Assembly: GCA_951406725.2 (NCBI GenBank)
Contig: OX597831.1
Location: 3,348,001 to 3,412,000, forward strand
Source of the DNA: Octopus vulgaris
Taxonomy: Eukaryota
Direction of reading: 5' to 3'
DNA length: 64,000 nucleotides
Shown here: piece after piece, positions 1-12,830 of the stretch
How positions within the stretch are numbered: position 1 is the stretch's first letter
How the letters are laid out: the number at the start of each line of letters is the position of its first letter
The notes under the pieces: generated by a model
The model's input: only the letters and a program-made list of their open reading frames with translations
The model's database searches: none
What the model was told of the DNA's origin: nothing
Position numbers and translations under genes: made by a program

Positions 1-81
1 AAACATTACAGTTGGCTTCCACCAGCAATATATTTTTAACTATAGGTCTTAACATATTTTTATCACAAATCCACTGTTTCT

Positions 82-308
82 TTAACCCTTTAGTGTTCAG
101 ATTATTCCATCAAACATAATGCTTATTGATTCACATTGATTTGAATTAATCATGCATTATTTCCTACCTTCAAGATCTTGATGGTGTAATTACCTAATGT
201 AGAATAACATTGTAGGGTAGGTGTGAGAGCCTGGATCTGGTCAGTTTGAACATAAAACAGATTAACTATTTTGGCCAGATATGGCCGGTTTAAATGCTAA
301 AGGGTTAA
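82..308. mobile_element. piggyBac-like MITE, family D (~220 bp)
   Basis: TTAA|CCCTTTAG...CTAAAGGG|TTAA termini. Related copies at ~20907-21360 (two in tandem), 25406-25635, 34598-34798, 37650-38164, 39042-39206, 41608-42163, 42981-43415, 47019-47246 and 56396-57042. Confidence 0.8.
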
Positions 309-1124
309 TTATGTGGATCTAACCCTTAATTTCCCTCATAGCTTGTAGAAGTGTTAGTATTGTTGAAATGTTAGGTTCAGCTGTGGTGATCAGTCAAGTA
401 CTGATCTTTGGTACTTTATTGGTGTATTTGATTCTGAAGGTGTAGGGGCACACTTAGAAGATCAAGATCACTATTGTTTGTGACTTTAGTGTTTTAACTC
501 TTTATTGTGCTTCCCTCAACGATTTCATTGATTCCAGTTTTCTGTGTGGGTGGTGGCAAGTGTAATATTTTAGTGCAATTTTTATTTTCTTAGAACCATC
601 TTTGAAATACCTGTCTGCAGGCATTATACAGTGTCCTGACTGAGCCGGTTTTTTTTTTTTTTTTTAGTTGATTAGTCATAGTCCAGTCTGTTTGGGTAAA
701 CTTGTGGCACACAGGTAGCCAATGAGATGTTTCAGGAGTTGATTAAATAGAATATGTATTATGTCTGTTTGTTATCCACCACCTTTATACAAGACAGAAG
801 GTTTTGTCAGTGTGGCTAAAACTCCCCAGTTTTGGAGTTTGTGTAAGTGGAGCAAATAAGTTTTGTGACATTTATTTCAGCCATGTGATAAGAAAGTGAT
901 GTACTTAATTGCCATTGGCTGATTCCTCTGCTGTGCCATCTTAAAGCATAGGTACAGTGGGTAGTTGTGCTGAGGGTCTCCCAAGACTTGGGGTCCCTGT
1001 TCTGATCTATGTATGTTGTAGCTTGCTGTTGATAAATAAATACTATAGGACCCAGTGCATTGATTTCCCCAGAGGACTATAATGCTGCTAACCATGGCCC
1101 TGTTCTACTTTAAGCAGCATGAAA

Positions 1125-1451
1125 AAAAAAAAGCACGTAAAAAGCACCATCCGAATCGTGTCCGAAGCCAGTGCCGCCTCGACTGGCTTCCGTGCCGGTG
1201 GCACGTAAAATGCACCAATCCGACTGTGGCCGATGCCAGCCTCGCCTGGCACCAGTACAGGTGGCACGTAAAAAGCACCCACTACACTCATGGAGTGGTT
1301 GGCGTTAGGAAGGGCATCCAGCTGTAGAAACATTGCCAGATCAGACTGGAGCCTGGTGCAGCCTTCTGGCTTCCCAGATCCTCGGTCAAACCGTCCAACC
1401 CATGCTAGCATGGAGAACGGACGTTAAACGATGATGATGATGATGATGATG
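1125..1451 (+). mobile_element. RTE-LINE 3'-end-derived repeat, family A, with (GAT)n tail
   Basis: Same sequence as the 3' UTR of the LINE at 52650-53437. Other copies at ~35145-35375(-), 38707-38875(-), 45933-46144(-), 48778-49153(+), 49688-49875(+), 55971-56205(-) and 63838-64000(-). Confidence 0.8.
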
Positions 1452-3056
1452 ATATATATATATATTTTGTGAAGCTGGTTTTTACAGATATTATAACCAG
1501 TTCACCCCGTCAGCCAAAATTCTTAATCATTTTTGTTACCAGAAGCATTTTTCTGTGAAGAAATTTGAAAAATGATTATCGAGCATAAGATAGTGAATCT
1601 GTTCCAGTTATCCTTGTTTCTATGCTATTTAAGCTAAGCAATTCTGCAATGCTTCTGAATATGGTAGACTTAAGGTGCAGTTGTTATATTTTCTTAATGG
1701 TACGAACCACTGTATGTTGCCTAGTTGGTAAGTGACATGGAAAACATTGATAATTTGCATCTAATAATATTGTTTAGTGAATAGATTCCACTCAGCTTAA
1801 CTGTATTTTCCCCTTGCATTTGTCAGGCAGTCTCAACAAAATAAACTGTTCTTGTTGACTGATTAACTATGGCACAAAATCTCACTTATTAATTAGCAAT
1901 TAGTTTTGGTGCTAATTTTTGGTAAAAAGTTCTCAAATTTGAATTTTTTTTTTTTTTTTTTTAGACTATTGTATAATTTTTCTTTTCTCTTAAACTTTCA
2001 CCAAATGTTTTTGGCTGTCAACAAAATTCTTATTAGAATACACCATTATTTCAACTTAAATCCTTCTTTTAGGAAGAAATAGCAAAAGCTTGTTTGAATG
2101 TGATATATTTTAATTATATCTACTCTCCACATATCCTCTCTCTCTCTCTCTTTTCTCTCTTTCAACACCCTCTCCTCTGCCACATTTTCTCCCTCTTCCT
2201 TTCTAATGTTCCATATTTTGCCTTTATATTTGCTTTTTTTTTCTGTTTATTCTTTTCTGGTTGTACTATTCTCTCGCATATTTTTTAATATTATTATTAT
2301 CTACATTTTTGTTTCTTTTTTTTTTTTTTTCTTAAAAAAAAAAAACCAAACAAAAGCGATCCAAATAATAAAAATTTCATATACTTGGGTTTTGGCTACA
2401 ATTTTAGGCTTAATACAAAATTTAATTCTAAAGTAAATTCTAGTAACTGGTTAGATGTTCAGTACTTCTGTGCTTTAAACACTGGTGTAGCAGTGCTCCA
2501 GCATGGTCACAACTATATGGTTTATTGAAAGAAGTGTAGTACTTCATTCAGTATGATGTAATGCTTAAAACTTTTTATACTATTGTCATACTGAAAACTT
2601 GGCACCACGTGTCTCTAGTGGTATATATTTCAATTTGAAGAAATATTCTGTTCATTATAAAATGGAAAATAATCACATTTTGCTTTAACTAAAAGTATTA
2701 TCATTACATTCATTTCTCAAATATATGATTTTTAAATTGGTGGCTACCAGTAGACTGGAACTGTTTTGAAATATTACTTAATGTGATGTGTTTTTTTTAT
2801 GTACATAGTCTTGTCTTTGCCTTTCTCTCTTTATTTTTAATCAGGTTTATATTTTATTTGTATCTCTCAAAGCTTTTAATCATAAATTATGCAACCTGCT
2901 ACCTAGCTCTACAAATGTCACTAAGGATGTTTTTTTTATGTTTCAAATGAAATTTATATGAATGCTAATATAATAAATACCTTCCTTCTCTTTTTCATCC
3001 GATTCAATTGTATGATTTTGTCTTTTTTTTCTTTCTTTCTCCTGATAATTTACTAG

Positions 3057-3277
3057 ATTCACGAAGGGATCCTAGCCAGTGGTCAGCTATGCAGCAGCGC
3101 TATGGGTCTCAACACAGTGGATCCAACTATCCTGGCTCCAGTATGAATGCCATGCCTCCTGGTTCTGGAATGCTTCCTCCAATGGTTCCCCCCAGCCCGA
3201 GCAGCACAGGTAGGACTATGAACCCCAGGCTGTCTCCACAAAGGGATAAACCATATATGTCACCTCCTAGGGTACAG
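3057..3277 (+). CDS. ARID1: ARID1/osa internal coding exon (Pro/Ser/Gly/Met-rich region)
   Basis: Pyrimidine tract + TAG acceptor ending 3056 and CAG|GTGAGT donor at 3278. Open frame (D)SRRDPSQWSAMQQRYG...SPPRVQ, phase 1 in and phase 0 out, joining the 10460 exon in frame. Confidence 0.85.
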
Positions 3278-6200
3278 GTGAGTGCAGTGTGGCCATTAGA
3301 GCGATGATCCACAGGAAAGAATAACTTGTTTTGTTTTGGAAGTTTTAGCATGTGTGGCTGGTGGTGATGGCGGTGAAGGTCAACTAGCATGAATCACTTA
3401 TTAACCAATACCCAATTTTCACTAGTCATTTGTGCATTTGAAACCTGTTTTGCAATGGAATCTGGCATCTGTCCCTCTACTGTTAGCTTATGCTCAAATG
3501 GTGGCACATTCCTTGCTCATAACATCTATCAATTTATCCTCATAGTTCCAATATTTCTGCTGCTTCATAAACTGACTCTAGCTCTTAGTTTATTTTAGTC
3601 ATCATTGACAACAATCAGAATGAGTTTTTCACTTTAACCAACTTGGCTTAAAAACCAATATTTATTATTCACAATATTCCTCAACATGGCATTCTTTATT
3701 ATTTTTTTTTTTTCCTTTCTATAAATTGTTATGAACATGAAATAGTAGGTAGATTTAATGCTTCATACTGGATTCCTTTTTCAATTTTTTTTTTTTTCCA
3801 CCTTAAAAAATTAAGCCTGTTTTTCATTTAGTTTTTCCTCCTATTTGCACCATTCAAAAGCCTCATTTCTGAAATCTGTGGGGTGTTGCATGCAAGCATG
3901 TCTTGTGCATGGATGATATTAATGGTTTTAGACTGGATTTAGTTGTTAGTGTTAGGTGCTAGAAAGTGAGCGTGCGCGCAAGTTAAGGTGTGCTGGTTTT
4001 AAACCTTTTTCGGATAGGTACATTCTAGAGTTAAAGCTCATGGCAGCACATTTTTACATTTGGATTTGCAGGCTTGACAATTTGTTTTTGGCTTGCGTGG
4101 ACTCAGTGAGGTCAAATGCAGTGGGGTGGTGGTGGTGAGTGAGTGAGTGAGTATGTCTGTGTGTACCTTGATTTTCAAACTTGGATCCTGGATGTTCCTG
4201 GCTCGTCTGCTGGACTTTTATCCAATCCTTATGTTGAAAACTGCATGAATGTTTAGTGTACCCACAAAATAATATCAAATGAATGACAGATAAAATTAGA
4301 ACTGGGCTGTACCGTACTTTTGGTGGACAGAATGCTAGTTGCCCTGTCGTTAGCTGACATTACTGTTTGAATTCACTGTTATAGTTGTTGATGATGATAC
4401 TACTACTACTACTACTAATTAGTCTCATATGACTTGATATTTCATTTCCTTTAAGGAATAAATTTGTAGAATGAAAACTTAGCTGACATAGTTTCATCTT
4501 CATTTGACTGGACATGCTCTCAGTTATCTCTATGGACTGTATGAAGTTTGCTTTTAATCTCTGCTTTCTCTGCTACTCATTTGCAGTGGCTTCTTATATT
4601 TTCATCTGCATGCACTGTCTTCTGTAAACTACCTCACACATCTCACCAGGTCTGCTTTTGCAGTGTGTCCTCAATCACTTGCTCACTCACCTATCCAGCA
4701 AATTATTTCACTAGCTTATTACACTTTCATTATCTTAAAAGCATAGCCATACTGTTTGTTTTCTTGGAATGTGGTGAATGTCTTCACATGTTATATACCC
4801 ATTCACAGCTATTTCTCTTCCTTTTAAAGCCTGCTAGATCCTGGCTGTGCTATTGGCATTTTTCATCACCTTTAAATCCTCTTTTACTTATGAAACAACA
4901 CATTTTTCAATTTAAAATAATTAAAACTGAATATTAACCAATGAAACACAAAGCATAACAAAATTGTGTTAAAGCATTTGCTAAGATTTCCAAAAAAGAA
5001 AATGAAAAAAAAAAAAAAAAAAGAAAAGCTAAACAAATATTATTTATTTGAATTTTATCCCTTTCCTTTTGATACAGAGTAATTTTCAAAGTAAATTTTT
5101 ACATTTTCCTTTATCTTGAATTGAGAAATCTGTTTAAAGATGAAAAAGTCAGTTGTAGTTTTTGGATGATTTACTATGAAAATGTAAAAGCAAAATATTT
5201 GCACTTACCTTTGGTGCTATTTTGATGAAGTACCCGTTCTTCTATAGCTACCAAGACCTTCATTGACCCTGTTATATATTTTAGTGATGATCAGTTTCTG
5301 TAAATATATATAAAGAAACCTAATTTTTAATTGATTTGTAAAATGTTCATTAGGCCATTTAAGTAGTGAATTACTATTATTTAGATGTTAATTATTGTAA
5401 TATCTTTATAATCTTGTAAGCAATTATTAATATAATACAACTAATGATTTTAATATTGAAAAATAATCTTTCTAATTACAATGAGGAGATTAATCAGATT
5501 TGTTCTAATTGACTTTCTCTTTGTTAATGGTAAAATCTAAAAATCTTGTCTCAATTATCATTAATTCATTTCAAATTAGCTACTTTCTTCGTTATTGCCT
5601 ACAGAATTCTGATTACCATCCTATTAATTTCAGTTGACTAAAGCATATTGTTAGTCTAGATCCAAGAAAAGAAATGAGGGGGAATTGAACTGACAGAGGA
5701 AATATGTTAACCTTTGTTTTAATCTGTTTGTTCACCTCCTCCTCCTCCTCTCCTTGGGCACTTCATTTAAGTCAATTAGAGCAAATATATTTTGTCAGTT
5801 CATGAAATAGCTATGACTATGCCATAAAAGTTAACACTAATCATCTTTATAAGAGCTGTTCTCACTAAAGATCAATTAACTAGTTATTGCAAGCAGCCTA
5901 GATATATTTCTAATTCCGAGCATATCTGTATACTTTTGCTTTTCATCCTACTCTTGCAGCTGTTCTATCTTTATCTATCAATAAAATTTAAATTATACCA
6001 GCACTTCCCCCTTTTATAAATAAATAAATAAATAAATTTAAAATAAAAAAAAGAAGTTTTTACTCAGTTTCATATACTCGTTATATACTCGTTAAAGAAT
6101 CTGCAAGAGGTTTTATGAAAGCAAGGCTATGCATAAGTCATTTTCTATTTCTTCTCTTTTCCTTTATGCAGCACAAGGATCTCTCTACTGTTCAACATCT

Positions 6201-6341
6201 TTGCTAGCTAGTCTATCTGAAATGCGTGCTTGTGAATGATGTGAGAGAGAAAGGGGAAAAAAAAAAAAAAAAAAAAATCTTATCAGGAGCAAATATTGCG
6301 CATGATATAAAAAATTTCTTATTCTTTTTATTTCTTTCTAT

Positions 6342-6375
<34 letters not shown>

Positions 6376-6812
6376 CTTTGAAGAATTCATTTTTGCTTGT
6401 TTATTTCAGGATTTGTGTGACTGCTTAACTGCTGTTTCTGGCATCAATGAAACACTTTATATAATTGTTATAAATTTAATGCAAAAAAAAAAAAAAAAAA
6501 AAAAAGTAAAAAACAAAACAAAACAAAAACATCAACACGTACATGTGCGCGTGTGTATAAATATGTTTGCTTAATATGTATACATCGTGAACTTGTGCCC
6601 TCTTTGTGACATGAACGTGACTTAAAAAAAAAAAAAAAGATGCCTGCTTATTCTGTCTTCATTATTTCTTCTCTTCTTTCCAATGCTTCAATTCTAAGGA
6701 TTCCTTTTCTTCCTTTTTTTAAGTAGATAATTGTTTTAATAAATTTAATGAACTACTATTAATGTACACTGCTTTAGCACTTTGCCTATTGCAAGAATCA
6801 GTCCTCTCCGGT

Positions 6813-6899
6813 GGATATATATATATATATGTATATGCATATATGTATATACATATATGTGTGCTTATGTGTGTATGTGTGTGTTTATTTGAATGTACT

Positions 6900-6941
<42 letters not shown>

Positions 6942-7200
6942 CTTATATATACTTGTATTCATATGCATACATACACACAGATGTGTATGTGTGTGTATAC
7001 ATATATGTATATGTGTGTACATGCATATATATATATGTATATACACACACGTTTGTATGGATGGATGTGTGTGTGTGTGTATATATTTGTATGTATAAAT
7101 CTAGGGATATAGTTATACACAGACATAAATATTGATTTGTGTTTGTGTACACAATTTAGTGTATATATGCATGTATGTATATATATATATGATGTAATTA
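6813..7200. repeat. Compound (TA)n/(TG)n microsatellite
   Basis: Visible dinucleotide repeats. Confidence 0.95.
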
Positions 7201-9399
7201 TATATTTTCCAATGTTACTCTCTGCTTAATTTTACCCCCTCCTCTTCTTTCATCTTACCCCCCTCCCCATGTTTTCAGCCACTTTGTCTTTAGTGAAGTC
7301 TATGAAATAGCTTGGTGTTTCTTATTTGAATTGAATTCAGGTCAGAGTCTTTAAAGGAAACTGTAATTTCTGCATGAATGCATGAAAGTACTATGATTGA
7401 AGTTGAGTGTTTTGTACATAAACTGAATTATTCTGTCGACATTTTGACTAATTACCAATTTGTTGGTAAGATAATTTTTTTTACTAAATATAACATTTAC
7501 TGTTATACTTTCCCATTTTTCTCAGGATTATTTTATAATTATTCTCTTCTGCTCTGATATCAACTTTTTTTTACTTCAACATTGGAAATGCTTAGATGTG
7601 GTCATATTAAGCATGCCTCTCTACAATGCTTCAATGCTATATGGCTGTTATTCTTACTCTAGCCTTGCTCTAAGTTGTTTTTAGTCTCTTGTTAACTTAG
7701 AAATTATTATTTTCTTTCTCCTCCAAAGTTATAAAACTTCTAGTTACAATACCAAGTATCAGCACCTATTTTTAATTTGTGTTATTTTACTAGTCCCGTC
7801 CAACCTTTCTTCATCTTTGCACGTTTTTTTTATGTTTTGAGAGGTATTTAATTTTTCCCTTGTTCATTTATTCTTGACAATATTGTGGAAATGAAATCTA
7901 GTGTATAGGAATATATTCTGTTTTAATTTCAGTAATTTTCTTGCTTATACTCTGCAATAAAACTTACTAAAAGCTGGTTATTTATTTATTCTGTCTTGGT
8001 GAAATGATCCTATTTCAATGATACTATGAAAAGGAAGTGTATTATAATTTTCTCAATTCCTAACTTAAATGTTCATTTTATCTGCAGGTGGTTGTCTCAG
8101 GAAGAAGCTGCAGATAATATTCTTCATGCTTACACCTGTCTTATTTGTCTACCTTTTGTCATATTACCCATCCTCTGTCTCTCTCCTTCTTACATGTTTT
8201 AGAGTTTGTGTGTTTGTTCAGTGTTTCCCCCAAAAAGAGTAAAAGCATTCCTTGTATTGTCATCTTAATAATTAATTATGATCTTGAGTAATTATCTTGT
8301 AGATATCTTCAAACTCTGTGTTTTTGAAACTGTTTGGAATTCTGTTTTGATTCTGAAACTTTAGCCATCTCCATGATTGTTTTAGGACAATTTGGCCAGC
8401 CCTCTTTTTTTTTTTCTTTTTTGCCTTTCTCCCAACTGCAAAATATTGAGTTGGCTTTGAGCCAGTTGTTAGTGTAATCATATGAAGAGCATTGGATTTA
8501 AATGATAGTTGCCTAATCTGTAAATAACTGTAATATCTTGGATGCATTCATTGCTACTTATATAACTTTACTTAGCCATTGAAAGAAACGTAATTGCTCT
8601 AGAATCCAATGCAATTGTCCAACACATAGATTGATTATAATTTTCATACAAACATTTAGGTTTACAATTTTGAAATATTTTTCATGTTGATATAATGAAA
8701 CTTAAAGTTTTTTTGCTTTTTTTTTTTAATTGATGTTAATTTTTAGATCTTTTTGCTTTTAAAATCCTCACTTATGCAGAAAGATACAGTGGGTATAAAA
8801 GTAGTTTCTCAAACTTGAAAATATTGTGGTTTTCATTTATTTGTCCCATTTGCGTCTCTGGTTATGCTCACCTCCACCCGCCCGCTAATCTCCTTTTCTT
8901 GTTTTCCTCTTGTTCCTCTCTATTTTCAGCTGTATGTGTATGTGTGTATATTGTGTATATGTATGTGTACATGTGTGTAAGCCTCTAAGTATCTTGTTTT
9001 CTATATGTTCCTGTACTGTACATGTGTTATTGGATACTGTGTGTGTGTGAGAGTGAGAGAGTGTGTACGTACCTCTTTCCCTCTCTCTCTCTTTCTCTCC
9101 CCCCCATCAATACCTTTTCAACATAGTGCACAATTCTCTCCTTTCCACGGTGCTTCAGGTGACCACTTCAAACATATTTAACATCGATTTACAACTTGCA
9201 GCCATGCTTACGGATTAAATCTTACCTTGGAATTTTCTCACTGCCACTCTTCAACTTACGATTTAATGGGTATTTTTGATGATTTCTCTTACCACACTTG
9301 TTATGCTGGGTGAAAAAGAGTTGAAATATGTATTTCAAAGCAACACCTCAACTGCTCTGCCATGTTTATTCCTTATTATTTTAAAAATTATTACTATCA

Positions 9400-9433
<34 letters not shown>

Positions 9434-9664
9434 GATTATTATTATTAACCAGCAATGTTGTATTCTGTTTTAATTTTTTCAATTTTTATTTTCGATAAAG
9501 AAATTGTTTTATCATTCCACTGAGCTTCATTGGTCAATGTGCTTTGAGCCTGTATTTAGTCAGATTAATCTGGTGTTGATGCCATAGTAACTACTTAATG
9601 CCACTGAATGGAAAAAAGTTTTCATAGCTGTATGTGTTCTTCTTCCTCTGCTTCCTTCAAACAG

Positions 9665-9685
9665 TTAGTTGTAGCAGGTCAACCA
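9665..9685 (+). CDS. Candidate 21-nt in-frame microexon (LVVAGQP)
   Basis: TTCTTCTTCCTCTGCTTCCTTCAAACAG|TTAGTTGTAGCAGGTCAACCA|GTAAGC. Phase 0/0 fits the host intron and there is no stop codon. Confidence 0.45.
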
Positions 9686-10459
9686 GTAAGCTGGATGTTA
9701 ATGCCATTGGCCGCCTATTAATGCCAGCCTTGTCCTCCTTACAGGGACTGATGCATTGTCTGTAGCCTTCATGTGCAGCAACTGTTGATTATAACTTGGT
9801 GTTAGTTGACTGGGTGGGTCTGTAATTATTTTATGTCGTAAAACCAATTATTGTTAGCTTAGTTCTTGTGTAAGAAATTTGCTTATCCTTTTAGAATTTC
9901 TTGTTGTCAGGAATGCCCACTGCGCCACCTTTCCCTGTTTGGAAGGAGACTTCTGCTTAGTCACCCCCAATCTTCTATTTGTCTCTTATTATTCCTCCTT
10001 CAATGTACGCCCTGTTCTTATTGCGTATCTTGTTCACTTTTTTGACTTTTTAAAATTTTATTTTTTATTGTTTCACTTCAAAAGTTTTATTGCTTTTTTT
10101 TTAAAAAAAAAAAAAAAAAAAATCCAATCTGAATATACATACATATATTCTAAGACTAATTTATTCCATGAATAATTAATAAAAATCGGAGAGGGCTGAT
10201 ATCTTTTAATTTACTTTTTAATTTTCCTTTTTTTTTTTCCTTTTTTTTTTTATTGATAAATTTTGTAACAGTTGTTCTAACCTGAATAGATATTGGCATA
10301 GGCAAAATAGTCGTTGCTTTTGCAATAAACACTCTTTAGAAAAGGGAAGAAAAAATGTGGTATCATCTGTCATCTTCAAACCATCATCATTTGTTTAAGC
10401 TTATTCAGCTGTTAATCTTCCTATAGCTATGATGGGTTGCTTTTCGTCTTTTTGTACAG

Positions 10460-10586
10460 AAGCCTGGGGGTATGGTACCAAATGCTCAACTCCCACCCAA
10501 GAAGGAAATATCATTCCCACCAGATAGCGTAGAAGCTGTTCAGCCCTTGCTGGCCAAGAGAAAGCGGCTAGCTAAACAAGACATAG
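10460..10586 (+). CDS. ARID1: ARID1/osa coding exon (KPGGMVPNAQLPPKKEISFPPDSVEAVQPLLAKRKRLAKQDI-G)
   Basis: TTTTGTACAG acceptor, G|GTAAAT donor, 127 nt, phase 0 to phase 1. Peptide matches the ARID1-family motif FPPxSVEAxxPxLxxRxRLxxxDI that precedes the C-terminal domain. Too short for the ORF track. Confidence 0.93.
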
Positions 10587-11299
10587 GTAAATATACTTTA
10601 TTTAATGGCAATACCTGCTGCTCTGCTGCTTGCTACTTGTGAGTGCTGCTGGTGCTTGCACAGTTTTCATTCTGGCTGTTATTACTTGTTTTGTCAATCC
10701 TTAACAGTTAGTCATTATTTAATAATAATAAATAATTGGTTAATTTAAATTAACAACCCACTGATTTACCTACGTACCTACCTTCCCTCCCTTTATTCTT
10801 TAACACATTCTTACTAACTTGTATTTATTTTAAGAAACTAGTATGTGTATATATGTGTGTGTGTGTATGTGTTTATTTACATACATACATACATAGATAT
10901 ATATCCATATATATATAATATATATATATGCACATTTGCACATCTTCAAGCAAAAATATTACATTTATGCTAATACATCTTGTGTTTGCTGTCCAGATTG
11001 TTAATTGTCTTTATAAGTCCTATACACGTTTTTGTTGTTTCTTTAACAAATATTTACTGTTGATGTTGAAAATATCAAAATCATTTTTATTGTAAGTGGG
11101 TGTTTAAAAATGGCAAATTACTTTATTGTATGAGGGGGGGGGCATTGAAAGTAACCAGTCACTGTTGTAGGCGCATGCTTAAAATGTTCAGCTACCCTGT
11201 TGAAAACTGGATCTGTCAAAAAATGTTCACGTTCTATGTCGCAAGTGAATGTTCAAAATGTCCTGTTCCTTTATTAACGAGTGTTCACTGGCCAGCCCA

Positions 11300-11655
11300 A
11301 CGAATTATCTCTTATTCTTGTTTCAGTCTTTAGACTGCAGCCATGCTGGGGCACCACCTTGAAGAATTTTTTGCGAAATGAATTGACCCCATTACTTATT
11401 TTTTTTTTTTAAAGCCTGGTACTTAATTCTGTCGGTCTGTTTTTCCAAACTGCTAAGTTGTGGGGGATGAAGACAAAGGTGTGCACACACACACAAACAG
11501 GCTTCTTTTAGTTTCCATCTACAAATCCACCTACAAGGCTTTGGTCAGCCCATGGCTATAGTAGAAGATGGTTGCACAAGGTACCATGCTGTGGGACTGA
11601 ACCCAGAACCATGTGGTTGGAAAACAAGCTGCTCACCACACAGCCATACCTGCAT
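11300..11655 (-). mobile_element. tRNA-derived SINE, family B (intronic, diverged)
   Basis: Reverse complement of the family B sequence (TGGCTGTGTGG...GGTTCAGTCCCAC...CCAGCATGGC). Confidence 0.8.
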
Positions 11656-11842
11656 AAAGGTTGTGAGCCTCTATTATGTGGTCATGTAACTTTCACTTAG
11701 TTTTCACAAAGTCAGTTAAAGGAACTAGCCTGACATATTTGGACCGTTTGATTTTGTAACACAATATTAGTGAATTCTTATTAGCTGCATGCAGTTAATT
11801 ACCCAATTAGGTTAGTTAATTATTCCAATGTTCATTTGGGCG

Positions 11843-12078
11843 TTAACCATTTTCATTTCACGTTTCTAATGAAATGCACTGCCCTTTTTTGGTTTTCAAT
11901 TAATTTTGAAAATAATGAATTCAGTGAAATTGCTTTGTCATAATTAAATTGCTGTTTGAAAAATAAATTTAACATGAAATTTTGAAAAAATGATATAATT
12001 TAGACTACTTTAAAAGGGGGGAAATTTCTGTTATTGAACCACAGACAGTCTCGTGTGTATAGGTATCACACAGGTTAA
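11843..12078. mobile_element. piggyBac-like MITE, family E (diverged)
   Basis: TTAACC...GGTTAA termini. Internal sequence shared with ~35093-35505, 35890-36516, 47540-47952, 50400-50718, 55181-55770 and 55773-57126. Confidence 0.65.
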
Positions 12079-12543
12079 GGGGAATGGGATACATGCAAAT
12101 AAGTGCTATTTGAATTTTAAATATTTACTATAATTAGCCTTGTATATTGCTATATTTGGAAGATTTTATTAATTTCTTTTCCTCTTAGTTCAGTGAAATA
12201 GTGAATATTGAATGCTAAGGCTTCTTAAAACTATTTTTCACATGTGGTAAAAAACAAAGAAATTTTAGTATATTGACCAACATGTGAAAGTGTGTATTGT
12301 ACTGTCTGGTTCTTAAACTGCTTCTGTTAACCTAAACTTTAACACTTCTGTGTTGTCACTAACAACTGTTTCTCTCTTTGCCTAAGGTGTTCCCCGCCCC
12401 AATCTAACATAAAATTTCTTTTCTTTTTCTATTCTATCTTAAGCAGTTGATAAATTATTAAAGGCAAACTTATATGAACATTATTTTTGAAAATGCCTTT
12501 TGAATACATTTGTATTACTTCACTAAAGTTATCATTATTGTTG

Positions 12544-12589
<46 letters not shown>

Positions 12590-12621
12590 CGTTATTATTA
12601 TTATTATCGTTATTATTATAT

Positions 12622-12830
12622 GGCGGCAAGCTGGCAGAATTGTTAGAGCGTTGGAACAAAATGGTTTGTGGTATTTGTTCTGGCTGTTCTGAATTCCTAT
12701 CTCCCGAGGTCAACTTTGCCTTTCATCCTTTCTGGCTCGATAAAATAAAGTACCAGTCAAGTACTGGGGTTGACATAATCAACCTAAACCCACCCACTAA
12801 AATTTGCTGGCCTTGCACCAAAATTTGAAA
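12622..12830 (+). mobile_element. tRNA-derived SINE, family C
   Basis: GGCGGCAAGCTGGCAGAA head and TTTGCCTTTCATCCTTTC..GATAAAATAAAGTACC core (resembles a Meta/MESC-type SINE core, from recall). Copies at ~24712-24915(-), 29595-29815(+), 42295-42492(+), 48470-48630(+), 50262-50397(-), 54255-54392(+), 60172-60373(-) and 61602-61720(+). Confidence 0.8.
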
